Positions 1-13,163 of a stretch of DNA of 64,000 nucleotides are shown here, piece after piece. The notes below the pieces were generated by a model, which saw only the letters and a program-made list of their open reading frames with translations, made no database searches and was not told the DNA's origin. Location of the stretch: assembly GCF_001194135.2 (NCBI RefSeq), contig NC_068992.1, positions 22,754,293 to 22,818,292 of the forward strand, given 5' to 3'. The translations under genes were made by a program, and so were the position numbers. Every line of letters starts with the position of its first letter. Position 1 is the stretch's first letter. The DNA comes from Octopus bimaculoides (taxonomy: Eukaryota).

Positions 1-4
1 ACAC

Positions 5-806
5 NNNNNNNNNNNNNNNNNNNNNNNNNNNNNNNNNNNNNNNNNNNNNNNNNNNNNNNNNNNNNNNNNNNNNNNNNNNNNNNNNNNNNNNNNNNNNNNN
101 NNNNNNNNNNNNNNNNNNNNNNNNNNNNNNNNNNNNNNNNNNNNNNNNNNNNNNNNNNNNNNNNNNNNNNNNNNNNNNNNNNNNNNNNNNNNNNNNNNNN
201 NNNNNNNNNNNNNNNNNNNNNNNNNNNNNNNNNNNNNNNNNNNNNNNNNNNNNNNNNNNNNNNNNNNNNNNNNNNNNNNNNNNNNNNNNNNNNNNNNNNN
301 NNNNNNNNNNNNNNNNNNNNNNNNNNNNNNNNNNNNNNNNNNNNNNNNNNNNNNNNNNNNNNNNNNNNNNNNNNNNNNNNNNNNNNNNNNNNNNNNNNNN
401 NNNNNNNNNNNNNNNNNNNNNNNNNNNNNNNNNNNNNNNNNNNNNNNNNNNNNNNNNNNNNNNNNNNNNNNNNNNNNNNNNNNNNNNNNNNNNNNNNNNN
501 NNNNNNNNNNNNNNNNNNNNNNNNNNNNNNNNNNNNNNNNNNNNNNNNNNNNNNNNNNNNNNNNNNNNNNNNNNNNNNNNNNNNNNNNNNNNNNNNNNNN
601 NNNNNNNNNNNNNNNNNNNNNNNNNNNNNNNNNNNNNNNNNNNNNNNNNNNNNNNNNNNNNNNNNNNNNNNNNNNNNNNNNNNNNNNNNNNNNNNNNNNN
701 NNNNNNNNNNNNNNNNNNNNNNNNNNNNNNNNNNNNNNNNNNNNNNNNNNNNNNNNNNNNNNNNNNNNNNNNNNNNNNNNNNNNNNNNNNNNNNNNNNNN
801 NNNNNN
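5..806. other. Assembly gap (N run), one of more than 20 in the window
   Basis: N run seen directly. Other large gaps are near 11563-12029, 13164-13855, 16764-17506, 54431-55170 and 60694-61363. Most are bounded by (TA)n/(TG)n, as expected when short reads fail in microsatellites. Confidence 0.99.
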
Positions 807-847
<41 letters not shown>

Positions 848-1493
848 AGATACACACACACAAATATACATACAATACATATCTACACATACGCGCACAC
901 AAACATATACAGACATAAACACGCAAATACATATTCATACAGATATAGATATATGTGTATATGTGTGTGTGCGTGTGTGTGTGTGTGTGTGCGCGTGCGT
1001 TTGTGTATGTATATACGTATATGTATCCTATGTGTGTGTACGCGTGTGTTTACATTCCTATAGATATACACATAGATAATCCTTTACTCTGGTGGGGTTT
1101 TTTGGGGTGGGGTCTGCAACCCCTCTGGGTCACCACAAATCATTATAGAAGATCTTGCCGAACCTGGAAATATATTTTCTTTCACTAATCTTTTTGCCTG
1201 AATCAGTTTTCATCAATCTAATGTCTTACAGGACTTGAAAGAAAAAAGAAAAAAAACTTACAAAAATTGAGATATATATTCAGGCAATTACTCAAACCGA
1301 CATGCAATTTCACACACAAACTAACGTTTGAAATCACGCATACAAACGTATAAATAGCAGCGCATAGATTAATATCGATAGATATACGAAATAGATATAT
1401 GACAACCTTCTTTTCTATCCTAAGTTGAATACTCATGAGATATCTTAGACAATATCTGCAGCACATGAAGCAAATCTGTATTTGGATTGTATT

Positions 1494-1876
1494 TTGCTGT
1501 TGGCACTCCGTCGCTTACGACGTCGAGGGTTCCGGTTGATCCGATCAACGGAACAACCTGCTCGTGAAATTAACGTGTAAGTGGCTGAGCACTCCACAGA
1601 CACGTGTACCCTTAACGTAGTTCTCGGAGATATTCAGCGTGACACAGTGTGACAAGGCTGGCCCTTTGAAATACAGGCACAGCAGAAACAGGAAGAGTGA
1701 GAGAAAGTTGTGGTGAAAGAGTACAGCAGGGTTCGCCACCATCCCCTGCCGGAGCCTCGTGGACTTTTTAGGTGTTTTCGCTCAATGAACACTCACACCG
1801 CCCGATCTGGAAATCGAAACCGCGATCCTATGAACGCGAGTCCGCTGCCCTAACCACTGGGCCATTGCGCGTCCAC
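1494..1876 (-). mobile_element. tRNA-derived SINE, family A, near full length
   Basis: The minus strand begins GTGGACGCGCAATGGCCCAGTGGTTAGGGCAGCGGACTCGCG...GCGGTTTCGATTTCCAG (Pol III A-box and B-box). The tail ...CGGAGTGCCAACAGCAAAA is shared with copies at ~7906 and ~34841. Confidence 0.85.
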
Positions 1877-1929
1877 TTGGATTGTATAAAGCATAATTAT
1901 TATCAACTACAAAAAATGGAGGTGAGGAG

Positions 1930-2230
1930 AATCCCCAGCACGCCGGCTAATATTCTTGACGGCATTTCGTAGTCTTTACGTTCTGAGTTCAACTTCTTCT
2001 TCGAGGTAATAACGATTTACTGACTCGACTCGATTTATTCCAGTAGCCCCTTTCCAAATTTTCAAGCCTTGTGACTATAGTAGAAATGCTAACTAACTAA
2101 ATGACATAAGAGAGCTGGCCGAACCGTTGGCACACGGAACAAAATACTTAGCGGCATTTCGTCCGTCCTTACGCTCTGATTTTAAATTACGCCGAAGTTG
2201 ACGTTGCTTTTCATACTTCGATCTCTCGTC
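1930..2230 (+). mobile_element. Degraded SINE family B fragments (two heads, one tail)
   Basis: GCACGCCGG...CGGCATTTCGT...TTTACGTTCTGAGTTCAA matches the head of better-preserved copies (32669, 47112). Tail AAATTTTCAAGCCTTGTGACTATAGTAGAAA at ~2057-2087. Confidence 0.7.
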
Positions 2231-3006
2231 TTCCAGCAGAGAGAAGAGACTCTCCGCAGATTTATGAACATTTTTTCCAATTATTATTGACCACAGTTCG
2301 TCTATGGATTATGCACAATACTTAAAATAATTTTCCTATAGAGATTTCAGTTAAACTCTTCCAAAGTAAGTTGGTAGATTCTAGTTATATAGTTTACTAT
2401 TGGAAATATTTATCCATAGTCTGTAAGTGCTTACCTCAAGATTAAACAATTGATCAAATTGATTTCAGATGTAAGTATCCCATCTTTTTCGTGTTATGTA
2501 GATTATCAAAGATCTGTTTCCTGTATTTTAACGCAGAGAGATTCAATACAAGCGAAGCACACCACGATGAGATATTAGCAGGCCAGACGTAGATATTAGT
2601 TAGATAGAAGACAGTTCGATAATAAATTTATATACTAGAGTTAAAAGTAATTCGATAGATCATCCATAATTAGTTCATCGAACAACTTGGTTGTCGGAGG
2701 ACAGAACACAAATGTTATTCAAATAGGCAGTAAATTATAGATAATGGTAAGATAAGCAACTCTGCATAAATGAATATTATTCAGTAGATAATCCTTAGGC
2801 GCAGTTTGTATATATTAGATGTATTGATGAATATTTAAAGCTTAGCACTGATATGTCACTCACCAGATGTCAACGGTAGCCGAGGTATTTTACATACATA
2901 AATACATCCAAATGTACACATACACACACACGCACACGAGCACACATGCTTGCGCGCGCGGATTCTCGCAGACACAAACACATGCTTATATGCATATACA
3001 CATATA

Positions 3007-3874
3007 CGAGGTATGATCAATAAGTATCCAGACTGTTGCCATAGTAACGACGTTACAATACGCTGAGTGAAGCCGCTGCGAAAAGGTTGACTTTGAACTC
3101 TGCTGTGTATGCGCACTAAGTTATAACGTTCTAGCTCACTTCCGATGTTTACAGGAGTACTTGGAAGGAAGGTGTGTAGCGTGTGATCATCATATAGACC
3201 ATAATAGAGAACGTTATCATAGCGATACCTGTTCAGAGGCCTGCGCAAAGTTTCAGAATGTGTATGGAGAGGAGTGTATGAGCTGCACGCAAGTGTTTGA
3301 TTGGTTCAGATGTTTTCAATATGTCCAACAAGGTCGATATTTACGAACGTTCTGGAAGACCCACAACCAGCAGAACTGAAGAAAACATCGCGGATGTGTT
3401 TGCAGCTGTGAAAGGAAATCAGAGTGGGTGGAGATTAGTTACGATTCAGTTCAGTCCATTATCTCTGAAGATTTTGGTCTGAAAAGCGTGTCTGCTAAGT
3501 TTGTAGCAAAACGGCTTTCAGCTGACCAAAAAAAACACTTAGGTTTCAGTTGCACAAGATCTCCTTGATTGTGTCAAGAAGAAAAATAACTTTTTGAAAG
3601 CTTTGCGTAGTCCTCTGAGCAGGTATCACCAAGATTTTCGCAAAAGTTGCTGCAGATTCTCTGCGCGACGTTGTTTGTCATGGTCAATGCGATGATCACA
3701 TGCTACACAGTTCGTTTCCAAGGTCTGTTGTAAACAGCGGAAGTGAGCTACGACGTTAAAACTTAGTGTGCATGCACATCAGAGTTCCAGGTCAATGTGC
3801 GTCAAGAGACTTTACTCAGCATATTTTAGTTTCGTTACCATTGCAACAGTCGGGATACTTATTGATCAAACGAC
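3007..3874 (+). mobile_element. Internally deleted mariner-type DNA transposon with ~150 bp TIRs
   Basis: The left end TA|CGAGGTATGATCAATAAGTATCCAGACTGTTGCCATAGTAACG is inverted at 3833-3874. The inverted match continues inward (CTAAGTTATAACGTTCTAGCTCACTTCCG vs CGGAAGTGAGCTACGACGTTAAAACTTAG). The interior encodes frameshifted mariner N-terminal motifs GEECMSCTQVFDWFRCF, RSGRPTTSRTEENI and SAKFVAKRLSADQK. No DD34D domain is present. Confidence 0.88.
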
Positions 3875-4155
3875 ACACACGCACATATATGTATATATAT
3901 ATATATATAATTCCATTCGGCTATCTTATGTATGGGAAACTATAGTCGCATTAGTAAAAGGATGTGAGTTCGACGCCACGCGCCTAGGAAAGCCCTCTTT
4001 TCTGTCGAGGTCTTATATGTACCCTTTATCACACTATTTCCCTTAGTCATCGCACGGTGATCGCCATAAGCTTTAAGCTTATATAAAAATGCCATTATTA
4101 TTTACAGAATTGTAAACTCGGTGCTGTATAAAAAATCATTCGCACCGAAATATAC

Positions 4156-4220
<65 letters not shown>

Positions 4221-4308
4221 NNNNNNNNNNNNNNNNNNNNNNNNNNNNNNNNNNNNNNNNNNNNNNNNNNNNNNNNNNNNNNNNNNNNNNNNNNNNNNNN
4301 NNNNNNNN

Positions 4309-4363
<55 letters not shown>

Positions 4364-5890
4364 ATTAGCAAGGAAAAAGTGACTTTAATCATTGGAAGTT
4401 TATACACTCGACTGACATTTTCTATTGTTTTCAATGTGGTTGTGTAACAGAAAACCAGTATAGGTTCGACAGTAGTCTTGTACTTTACATGTGTTGTGTG
4501 TGTGAATATGCGCTCCAAGTCCGTGTGTGACATGTTTCCAAGATATGAAGAGTGGTATCAAATATATAAGAATGTATTTGATTAGATGTTAGATGATGGT
4601 ACGATTAACTTTAGTAAACGGTTGCAGCTTTCGAAAACTGACAAATAATTTATTTGTTTGTTTCAAATCCGTCAGATTTACATAGTCTTGTGTCATGTAT
4701 GGGATTATCTGTAATCTGCTTAACACTGCAGACACTGAAAGTAAATCTGTTTTCTCTGAGAAATGATGCACATAGAAAAGACTCTATTCACAAGTTTAAA
4801 TGAGCAGATGGTACATGTCTATCTTAAAAATCAATAGTTAGATGGTCAACCACTCTGTATTTAGAAGTATCATTTATCATTGACAACCTGACATTCATAG
4901 TAGAGCGTGAGGTTAGTTGCATGAGAGATTTCTTTCTCATTTAAATTGAACTGCATTGCATAGGGTTGGCGTCTATGATAGTTTCGTATCAGAGCGCTTA
5001 TGTGTTTATAGTCAGCTTTAATTACTATTGGTTGGTTACTCTATATGAAAAGAAGGGATGAAATTAATGACTTCCTTTGCTGTTCAAAAGATTCATTTAT
5101 ATTGCGTAGGGTTTTAAGATGTGACTCATTTGTAGGCAGAGCGATATGTCTATATGTTGCGGTTGAGAATTTTGAGTACAAAAACTACCATTTTATTAGT
5201 GCAGGAAATGTAGAAGTCTCGATAAAACAGATATAGAAAGATTATGAAATGTTGACAAGCAAGAAAAAAAAATTATTTAACAATTGCATAGTATTTAACA
5301 AATGTGTTCTAGAATGTATCTTCTCGCAGATATGTGAGTAATAATCTATGAATATATAAAACAAATTTTCTAAGTTGAGACCATATATAGTGCTGATAAT
5401 GGAGGTTTACCTTTCAGATACAGGTTTAGCTAGTACACTGTTATATTGTTGCAATAATATATCGTGAGTTAATATTTTCTATTCTTTGCATGTATTGCAG
5501 AAATCTGGTGGTTAATAAGTGCTTCACTGATTTAGGAAGCGATATGTATAGGGTACAAATTTATTGAGTAGCATAGGTGGCATTTCTTGGAATGGGACTT
5601 GCTGTATTGCATTTCCGAAGGTTGGGAGAAACCCATATGAAGTAATACTGATAGGCACAGATAGTGTGTGAATAGCCAGCTGGAGGAGATGTCTTCCTGG
5701 GGCTACAAGCTACAGTAGCATCGACCCTTAAGAGTTAGCCACATTTAGGTGGCAAATATACTTCACGATGAAGGAAAATCGTTTTCTCAACTGAACAGAG
5801 TGTCGGTGGAACTTTTTTATGTATTATAGTATTGTAATAGCTACATATGTATTGTTTGTATTTATGCGCGTGAAAACTTGTTCTGGTGTA

Positions 5891-5947
<57 letters not shown>

Positions 5948-6739
5948 GGAAATCCTTACGTTTACCTTCATATCAAATTAGAAGGCTGTGAATGACCATA
6001 AATCATGTTTTATTCTCATGGCTACTGTCTCTCTATAAGCATACAATATTATGGCTGATGATTCAGAAATATCTAATCACTATGGAACATCTTGGGAAAT
6101 CTATTTTTTCCATTTGACCATCAGGAAATTTCTTTCAGCATTATGTTATCCTTAGGCAGTTGTAATGAAAATTAGATTTCAAACAATACGTAAAAAAGAA
6201 CTTCATGATTCCTATTATTGAATTCAGCCTCAAAGGGAACATAAAGTTTCCTGTAAATTCTACTTTGTTTCCAGTGCATCTGCTATTTCAACAATTCTAG
6301 ATCTGAAATGTTAAAATGTCGAGAATCTTCTGGAGGTGCTGAATAATTCTGTATAATTTAGTTTGTATTAGATTTGAAAAATTACTATTTTTCGGGTTTT
6401 ATCTATGGACTTAATTTTATCGAATAATTTTTCATTACGCAACTTCTTTCTTCTATAAAATATGCATCCAGGTGATTTAGGCATAAATTAATATACACAG
6501 ATGTGTATATAAAATTTTCCACTAGGCAACTTGTGATAAAATAAACAATATTTTGCAAATTTTGTTATACATTTCACCCCAATATTTACCTTAAGAAAAA
6601 GAATAATAAATGACCACAATATCGTTGTGCTACTTCCAGCTGAGCTTGTCTGTACTCTCACCAAGAAACAATTTGTTTGGATAAAAGGGGACTCTGCTAT
6701 AAGTTTATAAGTTTCTCAATGACATCTTGGATAAATGTT

Positions 6740-7165
6740 TTCTACAATAGGCCCGGTCTGAGTCGATTCGGTAGACGGATACTTGCGAGTGAACTCGTTA
6801 GATGGGAACTATAAGAAGCCCGTGACTTATATACACATTATATTATATTGATAATATATGTGTCTATATGTATATATATGTATGCCTGTGTGTGTATATG
6901 TATGTATATATATGTATGTGTGTATATATATGTATATGTATGNNNNNNNNNNATATATATATATATAAGTATATGTATGTATGTATGTAGGTATATATGA
7001 CTGGGTGTCTCATTCTGTCTCTGCCTCTCCCCATAACAAGCTAACCGTTGTTGGTGTGTTATTGTGTTTAAGTCCCCGTAACATTAGCAGTTCAGCAAAA
7101 GCACCAATAGAATATGTACCTGACATTAAACAAATGAGAATTGAGGTCGATTTGTTCACCTAAAA
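6740..7165 (+). mobile_element. SINE family C (CORE-like, internal TA/TG microsatellite), degraded
   Basis: GATTCGGTAGACGGATAC...ATGGGAACTATAAGAAGCCCGTG, then a microsatellite, then GGTGTGTT...GTCCCCGTAACATTAGCAGTTCAGCAAAAG. The order of blocks matches the 12030 and 60330 copies. Confidence 0.7.
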
Positions 7166-7905
7166 CCCTTTAAATGGTTGGGGTAGACATGACTGAAATC
7201 TCAAGACTGGAAGAAGTAAAATGATAAAGCGATAATATATATATATATATACACACTTTATTCTTTTACTTGTTTCAGTCATTTGACTGCGGATATGGAG
7301 CACTGCCTTTTGTCGGAGGAATCGACCCCAGGAGTTATTCCTTGTATGCCTAGTACTTATTCAATCGGTCTCTTTTTCCGAACCAATAATTTAAAGTGAC
7401 GTAAAGTCATCAACATCTGTCACAAACGTGAATGGAGCATACAAGAGTCTTTTATAAATAGCATGGGTAGAAACAACATGAGGGTAACTGAAGGAGGAAC
7501 GAATCATAATGGAAGAAGAAAAGAAAATAATTCTTGTAGATAAAGTAGGAATTATGAAATAATACTAATCAAATGATTACAAAATATATTTCTCGAAGAG
7601 ATACGAACTCAATAATTACTATTTAATTGCCTTAAAATGGCAAAACTAATAAATAGGCTGTATGAAATAAATGAAGTCTTACAGCCAAGCAATTACGTTA
7701 ACAAGCGATAGTTATTAAATGCGGAAGAATATTTAGTTATGCTGATCTCAAAAAAATTGTGACAAGCAAAATGTTATTTTGGAAAATATGAGCACTAACG
7801 TGGACATAATCCTAGATCAAGCACAACTTTAATAACTCTTAGGACTGCTGTCATGCTGTCTAGAAGTCAAGCTAACCGCTAAATAAAGAACGTACCCACA
7901 CATGT

Positions 7906-8215
7906 CATGGCACTCCGTCGGTTACGACGACGAGGGTTCCAGTTGACCCGATCAACGGAACAGCCTGCTCATGAAATTAAAGTGAAAGTGGCTGGTCGCT
8001 CCTCAGACATGCGTACCCTTAACGTAGTTCTCAGGAAGATTCAGCGTGACACAATGTGACAAGGCCGGCCCTTTGAAATACAGGTACAGCAGAAACAGGA
8101 AGGGTGGACTGAAGCGACGTGAAATAGTGTCTTTCTCAAGGACTCAACGCATCGCCGGGAATTAAAATTAAGATCGTGAGCCTTCGCACCCACAGATGTA
8201 ATCGTCTGGCATCAC
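7906..8215 (-). mobile_element. SINE family A-related copy
   Basis: About 190 bp from 7906 align with 1501-1692 (GGCACTCCGTCG...CCCTTTGAAATACAGG...AGAAACAGGAAG), followed by a degraded CORE/tRNA-like head. Confidence 0.8.
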
Positions 8216-8931
8216 TCAAGTGGAAAATACCATAAAACGAGAGAAAAACACATTTCACATGGACCACTTTTTATGAACAAAATACCTTTGCTATCACATG
8301 AACCACCGCTTTGCCATCTAAAGTAATTTTCCAGCTAAAGCCTTCTCTTCCTGGTACATAAACTTTGCCAAGCGATATCCTTACCGTTTGTAAAATCTCA
8401 TTGTTATTTTATGTAAGGATCTCTTGTTGTTTGCGATAACTTCTTACAGCTCAGGATATTAAAAAGAATTTAGATATATATTTTTAAAGTCTAATAAGGA
8501 AGCAAAACTACCTCTCAGCTGCATCAAGAAATAAAATGCTTCCCATTTTTAAAGAAAACATTTTAGTAGCAGTTGAAGGATTTGAACTCATAGTAACCAA
8601 GGTCAGTGGTTGAGTATATTAATCAAACTGACACTGTCATGAGGAAGTAATAAAATGCGTTTCTGTACTTTAGCACTTCGCTCCACTTTATAAAACTGAC
8701 ACAATGTCTCTCTCAATTTATTAAATAGAAATATTTCTTGATATGGCATAGTTATTTTGTTTCAGTTACTATCTTCTCTTTTCGCTGTTAATTATTTGCA
8801 ATTTCCCCACCATCTTAGCGCTGCTCTACCTCACTCAAGTTATAGACAAAGTGGAAATTTATTATTTCTGAAAGGCAAAGGTCGTCATCATGATCATCAT
8901 CATCATCCTCAACAGTAACAAAGTTATTGCG

Positions 8932-9117
8932 CTTCTTCTTCTTCTTCTTCTTCTTCTTCTTCTTCTTCTTCTTCTTCTTCTTCTTCTTCTTCTTCTTCTT
9001 CTTCTTCTTCTTCTTCTTCTTCTTCTTCTTCTTCTTCTTCTTCTTCTTCTTCTTCTTCTTCTTCTTCTTCTTCTTCTTCTTCTTCTTCTTCTTCTTCTTC
9101 TTCTTCTTCTTCTTCTT
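8932..9117. repeat. Pure (CTT)n/(AAG)n microsatellite, 62 units
   Basis: Uninterrupted CTT from 8932 to 9117. It explains the poly-K/R/L/F ORFs at 8815-9186. Confidence 0.97.
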
Positions 9118-9858
9118 TGCTTTTTTTCTGTCATAATTTGTATAATTTACTTTAAAAAAAACATTTTTTTGTTTTGATTTCTTCATAAATTTGTCAGTTT
9201 ATAATTGATGATTGTAGAGAATGTATGCATTCCGGCTCCAAATCAATAATATAAGTTGATTGATACCTTAGTGATACATGTATGTAAATGCTACAGTACA
9301 CGAAAATATATCAAAATGTTCATTTCTTCATACACTTTTCGTTCTATTTATATATATCTCTAAATATCTTTACTGGAGATATGTGTGTTTTTTCAAACTA
9401 TATAACCCCAAACTGAAAGACATACATCTATACATACACTCAAACACGCACACATATTTTTATGCAAATATATATACGTATACATACACACACAAACGTA
9501 CAGACAGACACACACACACACACACGTATATATGTACGTATATATATTTACATTTGTGTATGTGTATATTATTACTTTTGATACTTTAATTATGTCTGGT
9601 AAACAGGAAATATATCAAAGAAAATGAATGAAGAATCGATGAAATGCTATAGAAAATAATATGTATTCTTATTAATTAGAAATTTAGAACTTCAAAACTT
9701 GGTTGAAATCTGGAAATCTGAAATATCATTCAATGTAGACATGTGACGACTTCGTCTTGCATGAGCCATTCCTAGTTAGCGCATGTACAAGCAATTATAC
9801 TCAGATTTGTCATTACGTGAACATATATACGAAAACATACTGTCAAACACACACACAC

Positions 9859-9898
<40 letters not shown>

Positions 9899-10094
9899 AT
9901 ACACACACACACACATGTACATATATATATACAGACACATGAATGTCTTATGCATCAGCAATGCGACGAAATACACATACATTCATTCACAAACACCGAG
10001 ATCCAGGTAGATACACACATCCCACCCGCATCACATCCTCACAGAATTCTATACAGGCTTATACATCGAGAATTAAAACATCTTAGATATCATA

Positions 10095-10995
10095 CGAGGT
10101 GGTACCGAAAAGTTCCAGGAGTAGTTCTGTGGCGCACAAATAGATGGCAGCACCGGCATGCGTGCGCAGTGAGAGCTAGCATAGATCTTCATGAAGCAGT
10201 GTGCCGCGTGACATCGCTGTGTTTACTTCGCAGGTTGTGAAAATTTCTGTTTTTTGCGATCACGTATATACTGTAGCCCTGCAATTTTGTCATAGACAGG
10301 AACAACGAGCCAACGTGTAATTTGGCGTTAAACTTGGGATGTCTGCTACAGAGACATTGTGCATATTTCGGCAAGCTTATGGCAACAACACAACGTTTCG
10401 GAATGTTTCGAGTGACACGGCGGCTTCAAAAACGGAAGAACGTCATTGGAAGACAATGAACAATCTGTATGATCTGCCACGAGCGTCAACCCCGAAATGT
10501 GGTATTGTGCATCGAGAATTGAACCCCAGGGCCAAACCACCAATCGAGCGTTATACGCTTTGAAGCGATTAAGGGTGGACATTCAGCGAAAGCGACAGAA
10601 TCTGTCGAGTACAAAGAATTAGACAGTGCACCCTTTTGCCGAACTCTGCCCACTTGTGTGTTTCATGCAGAAAACAGCATGGTATCGCTTCCGCACCGGC
10701 CCTATTCACCAGATTTTGGCACATGCAGACTTCCCTCTCTTCCTCAAGATGAAGATGCAACTCAAAGGTCGCTGTTTTAATACGTTGTCGAGATCCAGAG
10801 CGAATCGTAGAAGGTCTTCGATTCGCTTACAGAAAACAAATTCCAGGCCGGATTCCAAAGTGGCCAGAACGCTGAGACCGGTCTATTGTTGCGCAAGGTA
10901 ACTATTACGAAGGAAATGATTTTAACACTTAGGTAAATAAGTTATTTTCTTTTTATTAAACCAAACGAGTCTGACAACCTTTTGATACCACCTTG
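10095..10995 (+). mobile_element. Non-autonomous mariner element with both TIRs and TA target duplication
   Basis: TA(10093-94)|CGAGGTGGTACCGAAAAGTT ... AACCTTTTGATACCACCTTG|TA(10996-97). The interior has a decayed transposase N-terminus (EQRANV*FGVKLGMSATETLCIFRQAYG) and C-terminus (LAHADFPLFLKMKMQLKGRCFNT...AQGNYYEGND). The middle is deleted or frameshifted. Confidence 0.92.
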
Positions 10996-12029
10996 TACAA
11001 AGCAAGATAATATGGATCGTTGTAATAGTTCATTTGATCTAATAAGCATGTTTCTCTCCATATTGTGACCGTAATTTTTCCTAAATTCCCTGTTACTACT
11101 CAGGTGAATATTCATTTCCTTCCTAGCTTATAGTTGATCATATAGTTCAATGACTAATATCTTGTGAAATAGTTCTGACATTATCGTACATACGTTTGTC
11201 ACAGAAAATCTCATGTGACATTAGCATTCTTGAGCAGAAGCTATAATGCAACTCAGTATTGCATTAGTTTATTCTCATCATTTAGAACCTGTTTTAAAAT
11301 TCAATTTTATAAGAGGGATTTCGATTTCGGGTTCGAAGTACATGGAGCTCAATGCCAATCACTAAATCTTTTGTTAGCGTGGTGTATCTATAGCTGTAGA
11401 GAGCTTAAGAAGTATTTTCCTCGGATTACTAATCCATTATTAAGGAATTCCTGTTGATGACATCAGGTAACCGAACACTGTGAATACTCTGAACGGCCTT
11501 TGAAGTGTACACTACAAGGTGTATACCAGAATATAAAATTACTGCATATATATATATATATANNNNNNNNNNNNNNNNNNNNNNNNNNNNNNNNNNNNNN
11601 NNNNNNNNNNNNNNNNNNNNNNNNNNNNNNNNNNNNNNNNNNNNNNNNNNNNNNNNNNNNNNNNNNNNNNNNNNNNNNNNNNNNNNNNNNNNNNNNNNNN
11701 NNNNNNNNNNNNNNNNNNNNNNNNNNNNNNNNNNNNNNNNNNNNNNNNNNNNNNNNNNNNNNNNNNNNNNNNNNNNNNNNNNNNNNNNNNNNNNNNNNNN
11801 NNNNNNNNNNNNNNNNNNNNNNNNNNNNNNNNNNNNNNNNNNNNNNNNNNNNNNNNNNNNNNNNNNNNNNNNNNNNNNNNNNNNNNNNNNNNNNNNNNNN
11901 NNNNNNNNNNNNNNNNNNNNNNNNNNNNNNNNNNNNNNNNNNNNNNNNNNNNNNNNNNNNNNNNNNNNNNNNNNNNNNNNNNNNNNNNNNNNNNNNNNNN
12001 NNNNNNNNNNNNNNNNNNNNNNNNNNNNN

Positions 12030-12372
12030 CAAGTGTCTTCTAATATAGCCTCGGGCTGACCAAAGCCTTGTGAGTGGATTTGGTAGACAGAAACTGAAAG
12101 AAGCCCGTCGTATATATGTATATATATATATATATATACATATGCGTGTATGTTTGTGTGTCTGCGTTTGTCCCCCCACCATCACTTGACAACCGATGCT
12201 GGTGTGTTTAGGTCCCCGCAACCTAGCGGTTCAGCATGAACGGATCGATAGAATAAGTACTAGGCTTACAACGAATAAGTCCTGGGGGTCGATTTCTCGA
12301 CTAAAGGCGGTGCTCCAACATGGCCGCGGTCAAATGACTGAAACAAGTAAAAGAGTAAAAGAGAGAGAGAGT
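12030..12372 (+). mobile_element. SINE family C, 3' two-thirds (5' end in gap)
   Basis: CAAGTGTCTTCTAATATAGCCTCGGG...GTGAGTGGATTTGGTAGACAGAAACTGAAAGAAGCCCGTCG-(TA/TG)n-...GGCGGTGCTCCAACATGGCCGCGGTCAAATGACTGAAACAAGTAAAAGAG. Confidence 0.88.
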
Positions 12373-12384
12373 AAGATTCTTTTC

Positions 12385-13163
12385 GCCAGGAATCTTACTA
12401 ACATTCCACCTTTAGAAATTAACATTATAATCAACGCTCGCAAAACTCTTATAGCTTTCGAGAACAAGCTCTAGTGCCGAGCTAATCAACATTCTAATAG
12501 CTCTAACAAACTATTTGATGTAACCATGGGTTCTTCCAATTTAGCACAGGCCACGGATTTAGTTGGATTATACATACTCCACCAATTAAAATCACACTTC
12601 CCTAACATCCATGGCGGCCTATATAGGGATGACGCTTTACTTATTACCAAGACTACTAACAAATCTTCCATTGAGAGAACAAAAAAGGATCAGCACAAAT
12701 TTTTCTCAGGTATGAATCTATCAATAACATTTGAAATCGCATACAAAACGGCTAACTTCTTGGACGTTTCTCTGAACCTATCTGACTCGCAACACTCCCC
12801 CTATCATAAACACAACCAATACCTTAAATACCTCAATATTCAATCTAATCATCACAGATCTACTTTCAATAACATAATCATAGGGATATCTACCCGCTTA
12901 TCTGATCTATCCTCTTCTGAAGAAATATTTAACAATCACGCTCCATACTACAACCAAGCACTAGCGGCTAGCGGTTTCTCACAACAAATAAAATACATGC
13001 ATAACACCAGACTTAAACAATTTATATCACAAATCGCACCTCAAAGACATCACATCAATCAAAACCACAACCAACCACCCACATACCCAAACAGACCCCA
13101 CAATCACACCTATAACACTAGGGCTAAATCTAAGATGTTTCAGCTAGCCCTACCAAAAGTATA
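12385..13163 (+). pseudogene. Penelope-like element reverse transcriptase (Naiad-type), 5'-truncated
   Basis: One frame reads IINARKTLIAFENKL*CR...LFDVTMGSSNLAQATDLVGLYIL...GLYRDD (12622-12633)...NFLDVSLNL...YLNIQSNHH...ISTRLSDLSSSEEIFNNHAPYYNQALAASGF. This matches the FDVTMG..GA...LVGLY / YRDD / NFLDVTL / SNHP pattern of Naiad/Chlamys PLE RTs. There is one in-frame TAG at 12472-12474. Confidence 0.88.

Noticed and set aside
2419-2480. Possible 51 nt plus-strand exon (SVSAYLKIKQLIKLISD) and a 16-mer ATTTCAGATGTAAGTA shared with ~52409
   Set aside because: The acceptor is weak and there is no homology. A 16-mer match is expected by chance in 64 kb of AT-rich DNA.
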